A stretch of DNA of 64,000 nucleotides from Squalus acanthias (GCA_030390025.1 CM059432.1:34350001-34414000); one strand, 5' to 3'; positions 20,784-34,265 are shown, counted from the stretch's first letter. The notes: a model not told the origin generated them from the sequence alone. Numbers and translations are program-made.

Positions 20784-22684
20784 CTACATCGAGGGTGAAC
20801 TCCTTCCCATGCGCCCTTCCCCCCTTCTTACCCTACTGCTCCTCCGCAATGGGACCTCAGTGGCTGCAGCAAGGCTGGTGGAAGGCTGCTGACTGTCAGG
20901 CCCTGACAATGCAGATGCCCTTGAGGGACGGCCTCGACCAGTTCTGGGCCTGGAGGGCCCGGCTGCAGACTGCACCAACTCTGCATGGGCGGCAGCAGTC
21001 TGTCCTACAGGCGGTGGCAACTGCAGTGGAGAAGCGACAGTGGTGGCAGCAGGAATGCTGTCATCTTGCGCGAGGACAACAACTCCCTGCTCGACCGGCA
21101 CACTGGCACTCCCACGGGGCAGCACTTCAGCATCCGGAGCAATCTGCTGGAGAACAGATTGCTGGCCTGCTGCGGCGCGGTGACAGCCCCGGGGAAATGT
21201 GTCCGAACCAGCGAGGATGGCAGCAGACAGTGCTCGCGTGGCCTCAATCTGAGTCTGCATGAGAGCAGTCTGAGATTGAATTGCAGCACTGAGCTTCAGG
21301 GTCGCATCCGCCTGCGCTGCAGCGAAGTGCTCCACACTCCTTGCCAGCGCTTCAATGCATTCGGGCACCCTACCCACTGCAGCCATGAGCTCAGTGTGCA
21401 TGGCCACCGCCTGGGTGTTCATTTGCGCGATCAGCCGCTCCTCCTCTGTGTCCAGTGCAGCAGGACTCGCTGGCCTACTCTCCCTCCGGGGAGAAGGCCC
21501 CCGAGCTTCCCTACCCCCATCGCATTGCTGCAGCCCGCTGGGTCCTGGAGCTTCACCCTCATCAGACCCTTCCCCCCTGCTCCCCTCCAGGGAAGGCGTG
21601 TCCTCAGTGTCGGCATGGGCTTCCTCGGGAGAGGGTGGCTCTGATGGTCCGGCTTCCTCTTCCTCCTTAGCTGCAGCCTCACTCCCACTGGCAGCTTCAG
21701 GGCCCGTCTCCTCAGCTGGTGAATCACCATCTGAAAGCAGGGAGGTACAAGAGTGGCTTTAGCGTGAGGACAGGGTGGCAGTAAGGGAGGAATAAGTGCA
21801 GCGAGTTAGTAAGTTGGATTGAAAGTGTCAAAGGCTGGTGTTGTGAGGGACAAGTGGAAGGACAGAGGACAAAAAGGTGATGACCTTACCATTGCTGTCC
21901 AGAACGGGGTCGGCGTCTGCAGTGGCGACGGGACCGATCACCCGGCTTGCCACAATCCTGTGGACGCGCTCCTCCAGATCGCTGAGGGGTTGCAGCTGAG
22001 GCGGCCCTCCACCCGTCCGTTGCTGCTGTCTCCTATTATGCGCCAGCTTGGCCTGCAAGAAAAAGGACGGCGTCTGAGTAAATATACAGCCATGGTCTTG
22101 CCTGATGTGCCTCCCATAGGTGAATAGCCCTTACTGTACTACAGCCATGGTCTTGCCTGATGTGCCTCCCATAGGTGAATAGCCCTTACTGTACTACAGC
22201 CATGGTCTTGCCTGATGTGCCTCCCATAGGTGAATAGCCCTTACTGTACTACAGCCATGGTCTTGCCTGATGTGCCTCCCATAGGTGAATAGCCCTTACT
22301 GTATGCAAAGTGTGGAATGTGTGTGTGTGCTTCATGAAAGGGCCATAGGTGTTGGATGAGTGCTGTTAATTGTGGTTTTAAGACCCTCTGGCCATAGAGT
22401 GAGGCTGAGATGGAGGAATGGAGAGGTATTGCAAAAAAGCCACTCACCCTGACGACCCGAGTGAGGTCGTTGAACTTTTTCCGGCATTGTATATGGGTCC
22501 TGGGCACCATGCTCCTGGAGGAGACGTGCTGAGCCACCTCCCTCCACACCCTTCTGTAGTCGCGCGGCAAAGGCCTCCTGCCACTCTCAGGGTACAGTGT
22601 TGATCCTTGGCGCTCCACCGCGCCAACCAGAGCATCCAAGGCCCGCTCGCTGAAGCGCTGAGCTCGCTCTCTCGCCCTCTCCAT
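20784..22684 (-). CDS. Harbinger Myb/SANT-like protein, 448 aa, exons 22684-22448, 22052-21890, 21730-20784
   Basis: RFSERALDALV..WREVA..QCRKKFNDL; canonical GT-AG junctions (phase 0 and phase 1) give one continuous 1347-nt frame. Confidence 0.88.
22085..22303. repeat. 55-bp tandem repeat x4 inside the Myb gene intron 1
   Basis: tacagccatggtcttgcctgatgtgcctcccataggtgaatagcccttactgtac at 22085, 22140, 22195, 22250. Confidence 0.95.
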
Positions 22685-23054
22685 CCTTGGCTGGAAAATT
22701 GAAGGTCAGGTCTGTCCAGGCCGAGATTCAAGGCTGCAATGAGCAGGGTGTGGCTGGGGAGCAAGATCGCCCCCCCCCCTTTAAGAACTGGCCGGCGCCA
22801 GTGTGTCTGTGTTCCCTCGCTAACTGGCAGCACCTGCGCTGCGCTCGCGCTCTGAGTTAGCGCCTCACTCCTCGGCCTTTGCGCCTTAAGACAGGTGTGC
22901 AGCGCCTGATTTAGCGCTCCAGTCACCTCCCGGGGCGTTAAAAGTGAAGTTTCCAGTCAGTGGCGATAATTAGCGCCAGGTGCTAATTTTTGCGCCCGGC
23001 CGATAATTGCGCCCCAAATGGGGCGATACTGAATTTTTAGCCCTATGACTCTAT

Positions 23055-23206
23055 CGCAGTGTCCGAAGCTCGGACTCCAGCCCATCAACTCTGAGCCGAA
23101 GTTCCTCGAGCTGCAGACACTTACTGCAGATGTGGTTGCTGTGGATCACACTGGTGTCCACTAGCACCCACATGCTACAGCTGCAACACATCACCTGCCC
23201 TGCCAT
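23055..23206 (-). pseudogene. CR1-A ORF1 N-terminus (zinc finger plus leucine zipper)
   Basis: Hand translation MAGQVMCCSCSMWVLVDTSVIHSNHICSKCLQLEELRLRVDGLESELRTLR (CxxC...CxxC followed by heptad leucines). Confidence 0.85.
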
Positions 23207-23779
23207 CTCTATTGTATTTTATTTAACTAATAATTCAAGTTTTGAATTACCACTCAATTGTCTATTTATAGTTTTTAATCTAGGTAATAATCTTGTTTAA
23301 GTTATTAAAATCTTGTTTAAGTTATTAAATTTAGTTATATGCTTTAGGTCTTTACGGTAACTTAGCCCACAAGTCCTAGTTTAACTTTAACTAATACTCT
23401 TATTATTAATTCACTTACTGTTTTACTTACCCGGATCGAAATTTTTAATTTCCCGGCTCTTAGTTAAACCAATGCCCTCGTGTAGAGAGAGAAAAAAAGA
23501 GAAATACTCATCAACCAATCACTTATCTGCTTCCCTGTGACGTCACACTGATTTTTTTCCCCCCTGTTTTTCGAACTGATTCGAAAGTGGTCCGCTCCCG
23601 CTGCTGCTCGCAAGAGCTCGGTCTGGGCCTCGAGCCTTGGGCTTTATTTACTCGCTCCGCTGCCGCCGGTTCCCTCACAGGTCGATCCGCTCCCGCTGCT
23701 GCTCCCAGGGTTTTATGGTTATATTAAGAAAAAAAACAAGGGATGGAAGTGGGATCGGGTGAGGGCGTGACCACTGATA

Positions 23780-25370
23780 CTACACAGGCTGCAAAAGTTT
23801 TTGCCTCAAATTTTACAAAGGAAGAGACATATAATTTATTTGATCTGGAAAGGGAACTAGGGGGTATTACAGAGATAAGTTGTGACACTGATCACATTAC
23901 TACCAGCTGTGCAAACCTAAGGTAAATAAATCTCAGGGCTGGATAAGATGCATCCGAGGATTCTTAAGGAAATAAGTAGGGAAATTACAGGAACTCTGGT
24001 ACAAATCTTCCAGAAATCACTGAATACTGGAGAGGTGCCTGGGGAAAGGCAGATGTTACTCCTATTTTTAAAAAAGGTAGCAAATGTGACCCAGGAAATT
24101 ACAGACCAGTAAATTTGACGTCCATTGTGGGTAAAGCTATGGAAACCCTTATTAAAGATGACATCCTGGAGCATCTGGATAGAAATAAAATCACAGAAGA
24201 TAGCCAATATGGGTCCATGAAGGGGAGTTCTTGCCAATTTAACTTACTCATTTTCTTTAAGGATGTCATAAGAAACTGGATAGGGGTAAGGCAGTGGATG
24301 TGGTGTTACTTGGATTTCAGTAACGCCTTTGATAGAGTTCTTCTAGAAAGGCTGGTACTGAAAATAAATAAAGCGGGAATCAGTGGGAATATTTTACAAT
24401 GGATAAATAATTGGTTGACCAATAGAACCCAGAGGATGGTGGTACAGGGATTGTCACCAGCCTGGGAGAATGCTACCAGTGGGGTCCCACAAGGGTCTGT
24501 TTTGGGACCTCTTTTGTTTAACATCTTTATAATTGATCTGGAGCTAGGAGTCACAAGCACTGTGGTTAAATCTGAAGATGATACAAAGCTAATGAAGGTA
24601 GTAGATTCCAAAGCTGAACAGGAAAACTACAGGAGGATTTGAATATACTTTGGGAATTGCGCAGACAGGTGGCAGATGAAATTCAATGTAAAGAAATGCA
24701 AATAGTTTCATACGAGGATAAAAAACATCCAGGAAGGAACTGCGGCTTAGAAATGTGTTCGCCGGCAGCTCGCGCGTAAAATGTTAATGAGGCCCGAGGC
24801 CCAATTCCTTGGGCCTCCCGGTTGGGGCGCCAAATCTGGGCCCAAACCGCCAGTGACTCAGATGGTTTTGCCCCTGCTGTATATTAGCTGATCTCACCAA
24901 GGCAGCAGTTGGGGAGCTACAATTGGCCTCAGTGCCACTGGATGAGGTTGTCTCCTCCTGATCGCTATTCAGTGATCCCCTCCCTGCTGGAAAGCGCCTG
25001 TGTGTGGATGTCGGGAGAGAACAGGAACGGACAAGAACAAAGTTCACAGACGTCAAGTAAGGCTAGAGATGATGAAAAAAATGTTTTCCCCCACAGGTTG
25101 CTGGAGGTGTGGAATAGACACCTAGGGAAGGGAATTGAGGTCAATTGGCACCTTTAATAGGAGCTGGATTGCTAACTGTTGCAACATAGGATTGGGGATT
25201 AGAGAGATATTAACAACTGCTAGATATTTTTTAAGGAGAGGCCAGGGAAAGGAAATCTTGGTTCCTTAAAGTAGATCAACAGGTAGAATTGGTTGGAGGG
25301 AATTCAATGAGCGAATAGTCATACATGGATTCCGGATTGAATAGGCTTGAGGACAGAATGGCCTTTCCTT
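23780..25370 (+). mobile_element. Old degenerate CR1 ORF2 fragments
   Basis: YLDFSNAFDRV and SGVPQGSVLGPLLF; many disruptions. Confidence 0.8.
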
Positions 25371-27740
25371 GCTCGAGATCATCTTATGGGATGCCTTCCA
25401 CTGCCAAACAGCCCGGCGACATCACTACCTCGGCTCACACAGGAGTAGTGGCCACCAGAGGGCAGTGGGTGTCCCTGGCCTCGTGCCCCAGGAAGAGCCG
25501 AGCCCTCGAGAGGAGATCGTAGGGGAAAAGGAATTACTAAAAGTGCCTGACTTTTCAAAATCTGCCAGGGACTTTGACTGGAAATTTGCCAATTGCTTCC
25601 CGGTCGAGCAGCCAACTAATACTGCATGTGGGTCTTTGATGGGAGATGCCGAGGGCCACGGGGGAATGTGTCCAGCATCTGTTTGGCACAGAGGAAAGTG
25701 TTTACTTTGCCACTCCTGCTGGCAGCACATCTCTAAAACAAACAGAATTTTGCATATTTTAGGTAAGCTGTCATGAGCCATGAATCACTCCAGAGAGTGT
25801 TAGTTATGTACACAGTCGACTGGGTCAATTTTCTGTAGATAGATTCCTGGAAAGGTCTGTAAGTCAGCAGGTCAGTTACTGACATAACATTAAACGCTGC
25901 AGCGACAAAATTAAAACAGATTGGCCTGAGCCCACAAAGACTAATCTTAGTGAATAATACGTTTGCAATGCATCCACTTGAAAGTTTACGGCGAGGATTC
26001 CCTGTGTCTTTACATAAGAACATAAGAAATAGGAGCAGGAATAGGCCATTTGGCCCTTCGAGCCTGCTCCACCATTCAATAAGATCATGGCTGATCTTCT
26101 ACCTCATCTCCACTTTTCTGCTCTATCCCCATATCCCTTGATTCCCTTAATATTCAAAATCTATCGATCTCTGTCTTGAATATACTCAACGACTGAGCCT
26201 CCACTGCCCTCTGGGGTAAGGAATTCCAAAGATCCACCACCCTCTGAGTGAAGAAATTTCTCCTCATCTCAGTCCTAAATGGCCGACCCCTTGTTCTGAA
26301 ACTGTGACCCCTGGTTCTGGACTCCCCAGCCAGGGGAAACAGCCTCCCTGCATCTACCCTGTCAAGTCCTGTAAGAATTTTGTATGTTTCAATGAGATCA
26401 CCTCTCATTCTTCTCAACACTAGAGAATATAGGCCTAGTCTACACAATCTCTCCTCATAGGACAATCCCCCCAACCCAGGAACCAGTCTGGTGAACCTTT
26501 GTTGCACTCCCTCTATGGCAAGTATATCCCTCCTTAGGTAAGGAGACCAAAACTGTACACAATACTCCACGTGTGGTCTCACCAAGGCCCTATATAATTG
26601 CAGTAAGACATCTTTACTCTTATACTCGAATCCTCTTGTAATAAAGGCCAACATACCATTTGCTTTCCTAATTGCTTGCTGTACCTGCATGTTAACTTTC
26701 AGTAATTCGTGTACAAGGACACCCAGGTCCCTCTGAACACCAACATTTCCCAATCTCTCACCATTTAAAAAATACTCTGCTTTTCTATTTTTTCTACCAA
26801 AGTGGATAACTTCACATTTCTCCACATTATATTCCATTTGCCATTTTCATGCCCACTCACTTAGCCTGTCTATATCCCCTTGAAGCCTTCTTGCATCCTC
26901 CTCACAACTTACATTCCCACCCAGCTTTGTATCATCAGCAAACTTGGATATATTACATTTGGTCCCCTCATCCAAATCATTGATGTAGATTGTGAATAGC
27001 TGAGGCTCAAGCACTGATCCTTGCGGCACCCCACTAGTTGCAGCCTGCCAACCCGAAAATGACCCGTTTATTCCTACTCTCTGTTTTCTGTCCATTAACC
27101 AATCCTCAATCCATGCTAGTATATTGCCCCCAATCCCATGAGCCCTAATTTAGTTTAATAACCCTTTTGTGGCACCGCCTTATTGAATGCCTTCTGAAAA
27201 TCCAAATACACCACATCCACTGGTTCCCCCTTATCTACTCTGCTAGTTACAACCTCAAAAAACTCTTAACATATTCGTCAAGCATGATTTCTCTTTCAAA
27301 AATCCGTGTTGGCTTTGCCCAGTCCTATTATTATCTTCTAAGTGCCTTGTTACCACGTCCTTAATAATAGATTCTAGCATTTTCCTTACTACTGATGTCA
27401 GGCTAACTGGTCTGTAGTTCCCCGTTTTCTCTCTCACTCCTTTCTTAAAAAGTGGGGTTACATTTGCCACCTTCCAATCCGCAGGAACCGTTCTAGAACC
27501 TATGGAATTTTGGAAAATGACAACCAATGCATCCACTATCTCCATAGCCAACTCTTTCAAAATCCTAGGATGTAGGCCATCAGGTCCAGGGGATTTATCA
27601 GTTTTCAGTCCCATTAATTTCCCCAGTACTATTTTTTTCCTAATACTAATTTCTTTCAGTTGCTCATTCTCGCGAGACCCTCGGTTCTCCACTATTTCCG
27701 GGAAGTTTTTTGTCTCTTCTTCCGGGAAGACAGACACTAA

Positions 27741-28563
27741 GGGCTGGATTTTGCAAGCCGAGACGAGTTGGGGGCGGGACTGCTGCCTTCCGGGTTCTAG
27801 TCCCGCCCCCAGCGACGTCTGATGAACAGACACTATTTTCCCTTGATTGGTGTTGTTAAGCCCGCCCTGCAGGCTTGCCGGCCAATTAAGGGAAAGCCGG
27901 TGTCAGATGACGTCAGTGCATGACGCTTCATCTGCCGGTTTTCTTAAAGGGACAGGCCCCATAAATTTTTGACAGATGAATTGTCAGTGTTTGACAGCAT
28001 TGAGGTGCTGTCAAACACTGACAATCACTGTCCAAAGGTGAGCCCTTGTACCCAGGCTCATCAATGGCTCTCTCCTTAGGAAAAAACAGATGGCAGCTGC
28101 ATGTGAGATTGCAGAAGCCATCTGTCAATTCTCCCGATCAGATGAGGCTTCACAGAAACATCAAATCTTGTCACCTGCAAATATATATAAACAGAATAAA
28201 AATATTTCTCACTACATTCTCTCACCTTACTTACCTGTGCACAATTGCACCCATCACACTACCTCTGCAGCTGTCATTTGCACACTTACACTGCAGCAGA
28301 CCCACAGCTCGCCTTGCTGACCCTGGCAGGGTTTCCCGCCGTTGGGAAGCCCGCATCAGCAGGCTGAAAATGGGGAAAAGCCTCTTAACTGCCTGTTAAC
28401 AGGCAGTTAATTGTCTCTAATCCCCTTCCCGTCGCGAGGAGATGGGTCCCTGCGTGAGTCGGGGACCCGCCTCCCGAGAAGATGGTTCGGAAGCAGGTTG
28501 GGACCCGCTCCCAATTTTTCCCATTTTCCCAGCAGTCCCGCCTCCAAACCCACCTCCCAGCCC
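27741..28563 (-). mobile_element. Non-autonomous Harbinger element related to H1
   Basis: GGGCTGGATTTT ... CCAGCCC ends; TSD TAA/AAA; right part is the reverse complement of the H1 left subterminal sequence (gtttggaggcggg...caacctgc). Confidence 0.8.
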
Positions 28564-28764
28564 AAAGTATTTGTTTAATTTCTCTGCAATTTCCTTATTC
28601 CCCATTATAATTTCTCCTGTCTCAGCCTGTGAGGGACCCACATTTACTTTTGCTAATCTTTTCCTTTTTACATACCTATAGAAGCTTTTACAGTCTGTTT
28701 TTACGTCTCTCACTAGTTTACTCTCATATTCTATTTTCCCTTTCTTTATCAATTTCTTGGTCCT

Positions 28765-31611
28765 CATAGAAACATAGAAGATAGGAGCAGGAGTAGGCCA
28801 TTCGGCCCCTCGAGCCTGCTCCGCCATTCAATGCGATCATGGCTGATCATCTAAATTCAGTACCCTGTCCCTGCTTTCTCCCCATATCCCTTAGTCCCTT
28901 TAGCCTTAAGAAATATATCTAACTCCTTCTTGAATATATTTAATGAATTGGCCTCAACTGCCTTCTGTGGTAGAGAATTCCACAGGTTCACCACTCTCTG
29001 GGTGAAGAAATTCCTCCTCATCTCAGTCCTAAATAGCTTACCCCTTATCCTTAGACTGTGACCTCTGGTTCTGGACTCCCCTGCCATCGGGAACATCCTT
29101 CCTGCATCTAGTCTGTCTAGTCCTGTTAGAATTTTATAAGTGTCAATGAGATCCCCTCTCATTCTTCTAAACTCTAGCGAATATAAGCCTAATCGACCCA
29201 ATCTCTCTTCATACGTCATTCTGCCATCCCAGGTATCAGTCTGATGAATCTTCGCTGCACTCCCTCCATGGCAAGAACATCCTTTCCCAGATAAGGCGAT
29301 CAAAACTGCACACAATACTCAGGGTGTGGTCTCACCAAGGCCTTGTACAACTGCAGCAAGACATCCTTGCTCCTGTACTCGAATCCTCTCGCTATGAAGG
29401 CCAACATACCATTTGCCTTCTTAACCGCCTGCTGCACCTGCATACTTACCTTCAGCGACTGGTGCACAAGGACACCCAGGTCTCGTTGCACTTCCCCTTT
29501 TCCCAATCTATTGCCATTCAGATAATAATCTGTCTTCCTGCTTTTGCCACCAAAGTGGATAACCTCGCATTTATCCACATTATACTGCATCTGCCATGCA
29601 TCTGCCCAATCACCCAACCTGTCCAAATCATATTGGAGTTTCTCTGCATCCTCCTCACAGCCCACCCAGCTTTGTGTCGTCTGCAAACTTGGAGATATTA
29701 CATCTAGTTCCCTCGTCTAGATCATTAATATATCTTGTGAATAGCTGGGGTCCTAGCACCGATCCCTGCGATACCCCACTAGTCACTGCCTACCACTCGG
29801 AAAAAGACCCGTTTATTCCAACTCTTTGCTTCCTGTCTGCCAACCAGTTCTCTATCCAAGTCAGTACCTTACCCCCAATCCAATGTGCTTTAACTTTGCA
29901 TGCCAATCTCTTATGCAGGACCTTATCAAAAGCCTTCTGAAAGTCCAAATACACCACATCCACTGGTTCTCCCTTATCTATTCTACCAGTTACATCCTCA
30001 AAAAATTCCAGTAGATTAGTCAGGCATGATTTACCTTTTGTAAATCCATGTTGACTTTGTCCGATCCTGTCACTGTTTTCCAAGTGCTCTGCTATTACAT
30101 CTTTTATAATGGGCTCTAGCATTTTCCCCACTACCGATGTCAGGCTTACCGGCCTATAATTCCCCGTTTTCTCTCTCCCATCTTTTTTAAATAGTGGGAT
30201 AACATTAGCTACCCTCCAATCCATGGGAACTGTTCCAGAGTCTATAGAATTTTGGAAGATGACCAGCAATGCATCTACTATTTCTAGGGCCACTTCCTTA
30301 AGTACACTAGGATGTAGATTATCAGGCCCTGGGGATTTATCGGCCTTCAATCCCGTCAATTTCTCTAACACCATTTCCCTACAAATACTGATTTCATTCA
30401 ATTCCTCCCTCTCATTAGACCCTATGTTCCCCGACATCTCTGGGAGGTTATTTGTGTCCTCCTTTGTGAAGACAGAACCAAAGTATGTATTTAATTGGTC
30501 TGCCATTTCTTTGTTCCCCATTATAAATTCCCCTGATTCTGACTGCAAGGGACCTATGCTTGACTTCACCAATCTTTTTCTCTTCACATATCTATAGAAG
30601 CTTTTACAGTCAGTTTTTATGCTCCCTGCAAGCATACTCTCATATTCTATTTTCCCCCTCTTAATTAATCCCTTTGTCCTCCTTTGCTGAATCCTAAACT
30701 GCTCCCAATCCTCAGGTTTGCTGCTTTTTCTGGCCAATTTATATGCCCTCTCCTTGGATCTTATGCTATCCCTAATTTCCCTTGTTAGCCACGGTTGAGT
30801 CACCTTTTTTGTTTTATTTTATGCCAAACAGGGATGAACAAATTCTGTAGTTCATCCATGCGATCTTTAAATGTTTGCTATTGCCTATCCATCGTCAACC
30901 CTTTAAGTAACGCTCCCCAATCCATCCTAGCCAACTCATGCCTCATACCATCGTAGTTTCCTTTATTTAAATTCAGGACCCTAGTCTCTGAGTCAACTAT
31001 TTCACTCTCCATCTTAATGAAGAATTCTATCATATTATGATCACTCCTCCCCAAGGGGCCTCGCACAACAAGATTGCTAATTAATCCTTTCTCATTGCAT
31101 AATACCCAGTCTAAGATGGCCTGATCTCTAGTTGGTTCCTCGACATATTGGTCCAGGAAACCATCTAGGAATTCCTCCTCCACAGTATTGTTACTAACTT
31201 GGTTAGCCCAATCTATATGTAGATTGAAGTCACCCATGATGACTGCTGTGCCCTTATTGCACGCATCTCTAATTTCCCATTTAATGCCATCCCCAACCTC
31301 AGCATTACTGTTTGGGGGTCTGTATACAACTCCCACTAACGTTTTCTGCCCCTTGGTATTTCTTAGCTCTACCCATACAGATTCCACATCATCAGAGCTA
31401 ATATCCTTCCTTACTATTGTGTTAATCTCCTCTTTAACCAGAAATGCTACCCCACCTCCTTTTCCTTTTTGCCTGTCCTTCCTAAATATTGAATACCCCT
31501 GGATGTTGAATTCCCAGCCTTGGTCACCCTGGAGCCATGTCTCCATAATCCCAATTATATCATATCCGTTTACATCCATTTGTGCAGCTAATTCATCCAC
31601 CTTATTATGAA
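28765..31611 (-). mobile_element. CR1 'CR1-E', nearly complete ORF2, frameshifted
   Basis: APE (30878-31600) and RT ORFs, 3' tail at 28765. Confidence 0.92.
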
Positions 31612-31963
31612 TTTGCTAAATTCTAAAATCCTCCCAATCCTCAGGCTTACTACTCTTTTTGGCAGCACTATAAGCCTCTTCCTTTGATCTAATACTATCT
31701 TTAACTTCTCTTGATAGCCACAGTTGGACCACTTTTCCTGTGGGGTTTTTGTGCCTTAAAGTAATGTATATTTGTTATAAATTATGTATTAATTCTTTAA
31801 ATGCTTTCAAGTTATGTTTTGTTTATTTTTTGATGGGGACATTGGATAAGTTGGTTTGTTGCAAGGTTGGTTTGTCTTGCTTCTCTCTCGCCCTGCCTCC
31901 AGTTAACTTTCATCCTGGGGTAGGTTTCCAGGCCATCAGTAGCCATCTGGTACCTCACCATAA

Positions 31964-32325
31964 GTAGAGGGAGCTTTACTCTGTATTTAACTTGTACTGT
32001 ACCTGACCTGAAGGGTTTAATGGGACAGTGTAGAGGGAGCTATACTCTGTATCTAACCTGTGCTGTACCTGACCTGGAGGGTTTGATGGGACAGTGTAGA
32101 GGGAGCTATACTCTGTATCTAACCTGTGCTGTACCTGCCCTGGGAGTGTTTGATGGGACAGTGTAGAGGGAGCTATACTCTGTATCTAACCTGTGCTGTA
32201 CCTGACCTGGAGGGTTTGATGGGACAGTACAGAGGGAGCTTTACTCTGTATCTAACCCATGCTGTATCTGACATGGAAGTGTTAGATAAGGTTATATAGA
32301 GTGAGTTTTACTCTGTATTTAATCC
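31964..32325. repeat. 66-67-bp tandem repeat (~5.5 copies)
   Basis: gtagagggagctatactctgtatctaacctgtgctgtacctgacctggagggtttgatgggacagt. Confidence 0.9.
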
Positions 32326-32918
32326 ATAATTAGGGTGATAAAGTGCCTAACAGATAAAATTCGAACTGGGTTGCTCTTCAATATATTGCCACAATGCTCT
32401 TTTCTCAGTTGATTTATTTTCCATCGATGTCGCCTCATCTGAAGGCGCTGCCTCTTGCTGGGGTACAGTTTCCATGGGCACTGCCAGCCCCCAGAACCTC
32501 ATCTAAGCGGCCATTCTTCAGATGTGAGCATGGACAATGAGTGTCAGCAGGCTATTTAACCGCAGGGAAGATCACATCCTGCCCTCACCTGATGTTCACA
32601 CGCACAAACTTTCCAGCAGGGGTCGCTGATTATAATCAGGAGTGGGAACCCTGGCAGGTTTTTGCAATCAGTAGCCCCAGGTGCTGAGAGGAATTATAGT
32701 GACTTTACCGTCACGTGGCTGAGATCAACTAACTCGGCAAAGACCGGCGATCAGACCCAGGTCTTCCTTTGCCTTCATGGCTCAGTTACTAACCAGACAA
32801 TGTACTCACTAACAGAGCCACCAGCAAGCTCCGTACTTCATTAATAAGAACAAGTTATGTTACCCTGCCCTTTCAGTGCACACCCTGTCACTCAGTAGTC
32901 AATATAGTCTGTGATGTA

Positions 32919-33032
32919 GGTCTCAGCTGTGGCTAAGTAGTAGCACTCTCACGTCTGAGTCAGAAGTTTGTGGGTTCAAGTCCCACTCCAGAGACTTGAG
33001 CACATAATCCAGGCTGACATTTCACTGCAGTC
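32919..33032 (+). mobile_element. tRNA-derived SINE head fragment
   Basis: A/B-box-like gtggctaagtagtagc...ggttcaagtccc. Confidence 0.7.
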
Positions 33033-33770
33033 CAGAGGGGATTGAATTTAGAGGAGTGATTATGTAAATTGAGCATGTTCTCACTGGAAAAGATAAGGTT
33101 GCGGGGTGATATGATTGCTGTTTTTAGGATTCTAAAGGAACTAGATAATGTAGACCACGATAAGCTAATTCACCTTGTCCAGAACATAGAGCCAGAGGAC
33201 ATGGCCTGCGCTTGAAGGAGAAAAATTCATAACTAATCTGCGGAAACAATGGCCTCCCACGGCCCCTCTAGGAAGCCTCTGATCTTCCCCTCCAATCGCT
33301 GCTGCCTGCTAGAAAGTGAGCAGGTGTGTAGATACTGCAGAAGAACTAGATCAGGTTTGTGCTGCCTTCCTCGCTTGAATAGGTTACTGCCTTGGGATCA
33401 TGGATGAAGAATGGCCACTTGATTGTGATACAGGATCCAAACACCAGCAAGAGTCATCATCTTCAGCAAAGGAAGAGTCAATGGGGAACGTTTATCAGAA
33501 ATGAATGAAGGCAGCTCACTATCATGGCAACACTCACCCACCCCTCTCCCGCTTACAGAGCAGCTCTTGCTATCTTGGGGAAGAATTCCTATGTGCGCTG
33601 GCTGTAGTGAAATTACTAATAAAGAACGCTCTTGTTATCTTGTGACATCTAGTATATAGAAAAAAGTTATCCTCCCCACCATTTGCTGGAAGCAAAATCA
33701 TAACACAATTAACAGGACAGGATCACTGAAACAGACCATTTAAATGACTGAATCATTGCTGGTTTTAATT

Positions 33771-34265
33771 AGGCTCAGCAGTAAGGCTCTCAACTCTAGT
33801 TCAGAGCATTGTGGGTTCAAGTCCAACTCCAGACACTTGAGCCCATAATCCAGGGTCAATACAGTACTGAGGGAGTGCTGCACTGTTGGAGGTGCTGTCT
33901 TTTGGACAAGATGTTAAACTGAGGCCCTGTCTGCTCTCCATGGCACTCTTTCAATTAAGAGCAGGTGAGTTCTCCATATTATGCATAACAACCACTAGAA
34001 CCCCATCAAAGGCATTAGTGTGAAAAACAAAGACGCTCCCAAATATTTGTGCAGTTAAATTAAGAGTCCTAACCAATATTTATCCCTCAACCAACATCAT
34101 TAAAAAAACAGATTATCTGGCCATTATCTCATTGCCATTTCTGGGAGCATGCTGTGCGCAAATCTGCAGTGATTCCTACATTGCACCAGTGACTACACGT
34201 CATTGGCTATGAAGCATTTTGGGATGTCCTGAGGTTGTGAAAGGCTCTACATAAACATAAGAAAA
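33771..34265 (+). mobile_element. tRNA-derived SINE with Deu-like core and L2-like tail
   Basis: ggttcaagtcc B-box, cagtactgagggagtgctgcactgt core, tail gaggttgtgaaaggctctacataaa; related copies near 330-570, 42485-42850, 51720-51995 and 53690-53800. Confidence 0.65.

Larger units (their letters stand above)
18733..23043 (+). mobile_element. PIF/Harbinger DNA transposon H2, apparently intact autonomous copy (4311 bp)
   Basis: Perfect 16-bp TIR GGGCTAAAAATTCAGT / ACTGAATTTTTAGCCC; TSD TAT; two open convergent genes. Confidence 0.96.
2962..23710 (-). mobile_element. Full-length CR1 LINE 'CR1-A', fragmented by nested insertions (pieces ~2962-3086, 3305-4076, 8331-9014, 13259-13417, 13514-15200, 23055-23710)
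   Basis: (TTCTTATG)n tail at 2962; collinear RT, linker, APE and esterase fragments; sequence rejoins across each insertion; ORF1 N-terminus and 5' UTR at 23055-23710; multiple frameshifts. Confidence 0.85.
26013..31805 (-). mobile_element. CR1 'CR1-D' (pieces 26013-27740, 28564-28764, 31612-31805)
   Basis: (TTCTTATG)n tail and RT ORFs; rejoins across a MITE and a younger CR1. Confidence 0.85.

Noticed and set aside
32919..32990. tRNA gene
   Set aside because: A/B boxes run into a SINE body with no complete cloverleaf; it is a SINE head
33559..33660. IPMCAGCSEI peptide resembling a LIM-domain start
   Set aside because: Remaining His/Cys ligands are absent and the frame stops shortly after
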